64,000 nt of DNA, from assembly GCF_006345805.1 (NCBI RefSeq), contig NC_043003.1, positions 26,784,001-26,848,000 of the forward strand, in the 5' to 3' direction. A program made the position numbers and the translations under genes. Position 1 is the first letter of the stretch. Each line of letters opens with the position of its first letter. Below the pieces are notes generated by a model that was not told the origin of the DNA, searched no databases, and saw only the letters and a list, made by a program, of their open reading frames with translations. Positions 62,480 through 64,000 of this stretch are shown piece after piece. This DNA is from Octopus sinensis. Its lineage: Eukaryota.

Positions 62480-64000
62480 TGTTTTTATTATCATTATTAT
62501 TATTATTATTATTATCATTATTATTATTATTATTATTCTATGTTTGACTTTTGCTTTATATTTGTATAAGTTGGCTCCAAGTCTCACCCAGAGACCTCAA
62601 GAGACAACAGGGTTGGAAGTTCATGTTGTTGTTATGCCTAGTGTGCCATATATTTGGGGGGTGGGGATGTTGTACTAATGAATGTCTAAAAAAAAAAAGT
62701 TTTTTTTTTTTTTTTTTTTTTTAAACCGAAAATTATGGTTGTTTTAAACCTTGAGGTTACATAGAGAGTATTTTGCGTAGGATATGAGCAGTTCCCATGA
62801 GCACTATCTTTTGAACTTCTGCCATTTTTGGGTTTCCTGGTATCTGAGTTAGGTAGCTATCAGCCCCTTTTGCTATCATTCCCAGGGCACCTATGACAAC
62901 AGGTATTGTTTTAGTCTTCAGCTTCCACATTTTGCTGATTTCTATTTCAAGATCTTTATATTTGCTCAGTTTTTGGTAGGTCCTGACAGATACGTTTATA
63001 TCGATTGGGACAGTCATATCAATGAGGAGGCATGTTCTTTGTTTGAAGTCTTTCAATATGATGTCTGGCCTATTTGCATCTATCTTCCTGTCAGTTTGAA
63101 TGGTGAAGTTCCAGAGGAGTGAGATGTGGTCATTTTCAAGCACTGGGGGTGGTTTGTGTTCCCACCAGTTTTTTTCATGGGGCAAATCCAGGTTTTTACA
63201 GATTACCCAGTGAATATATTGTGCAGCTCTATCGTGCCTGTTGAGATACTCTGTAGGCGCTAGAAGACTGCACTTGGAGACCACATGGTCAATGTTTCAT
63301 TTTGTTGCTTGCATACACGACACGTTGGACTGCTTCTGATCTTTAATATGTTGGCCTGGTAGTTTCTTGTTGGTAGGCATTGATCTTGAGCTGCTATGAT
63401 AAACCCCTCTGTTTCAGATTTTAAGCCAGAGGCCATTAGCCATTGATGGTCAGGGCTTTGTCGATATCTGCATTATTCGCTCTCTTTGGGTATTTGCCGT
63501 AGAGAGGTTTTTCTTGCCATTTATTATTCAGAATATCTAAGGCCGCAGTTTTGGCACGGGTTTTCATGCGCCTAGCTTTTTCTGTGCTTGTTTCTTGTAT
63601 GTCTATCTCTAATTCCGAAATTGGTTGTATTCGGAATTCACTTAGATATTCCTTTGCCTGTTTTGTGACTGAGTATGATGCTTCTTGTTTTCATGTTTTG
63701 AGACAAGTTTTAACATCCAGTCCTCAGAGTTTTTCAGGTAGGTGTCTAGGCCAATTGTAGCAATCTTCATTGTTATTGCCAGTTGCAAAAGACCACGGCC
63801 TCCCTCTTTTCTTGGCAGATAGAGTCGTTCTGTATCTGCTTAGGGTGGTGCATTCTATGCATTGTCAACAGTTTCCTTATTTTTCTGTCGAGCTGACATA
63901 TTTCAGTAATTGACCAGTTAACAATATTGAAACTGTAAGTCACGACTGGTATAGCTAATGCATTGATTGCTTCGATCCTGTTTCTTGGCATTCAGCTCTG
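62480..64000 (-). mobile_element. R4/Dong-like LINE (RT end, CCHC knuckle, REL endonuclease, 3' UTR), runs off window
   Basis: IEAINALAIPVVTYSF, CRVCKQQNET, RHDRAAQYIHW, NRPDII..IDMTVP..KLSKYKDL..IPVVIGALG; frameshifted; ends in an (AAT)n tail. Confidence 0.92.

Noticed and set aside
62689-62724. Intrinsic terminator
   Set aside because: A/T homopolymers in a LINE 3' UTR; the bacterial concept does not apply.

Overview
Eukaryotic, repeat-saturated DNA with no prokaryotic features and a 100-N gap at 32670-32769. The (TA/CA/TATG/trinucleotide) microsatellite load and the tRNA-derived CORE-type SINE families suggest an octopus or other coleoid cephalopod (inference). No complete protein-coding gene is visible; nearly all ORFs in the track are microsatellite artefacts or decayed transposon fragments. 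Recognised elements: Penelope-like RT and termini, R4/Dong-like, RTE and CR1-like LINE fragments, mariner, Tc1, maT/DD37D, a Tigger-like MITE, Helitron, an internally deleted Chapaev3-like transposase, a solo LTR and at least five SINE types. Best second-look signals: (1) a complete type I hammerhead ribozyme at 33832-33898 (-), with more hammerhead-like motifs nearby including a head-to-head pair in a palindrome; (2) a candidate 42-nt minus-strand exon folded into a perfect three-way junction that buries its 5' splice site, with a competing 13-nt complement upstream; (3) other small minus-strand exon candidates (9, 36, 62, 69 nt) hinting at a large minus-strand host gene; (4) several long fold-back palindromes, most abutting (TA)n; (5) a solo LTR with an HSE-TATA-Inr promoter. 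Exon calls rest on splice-signal inspection only.
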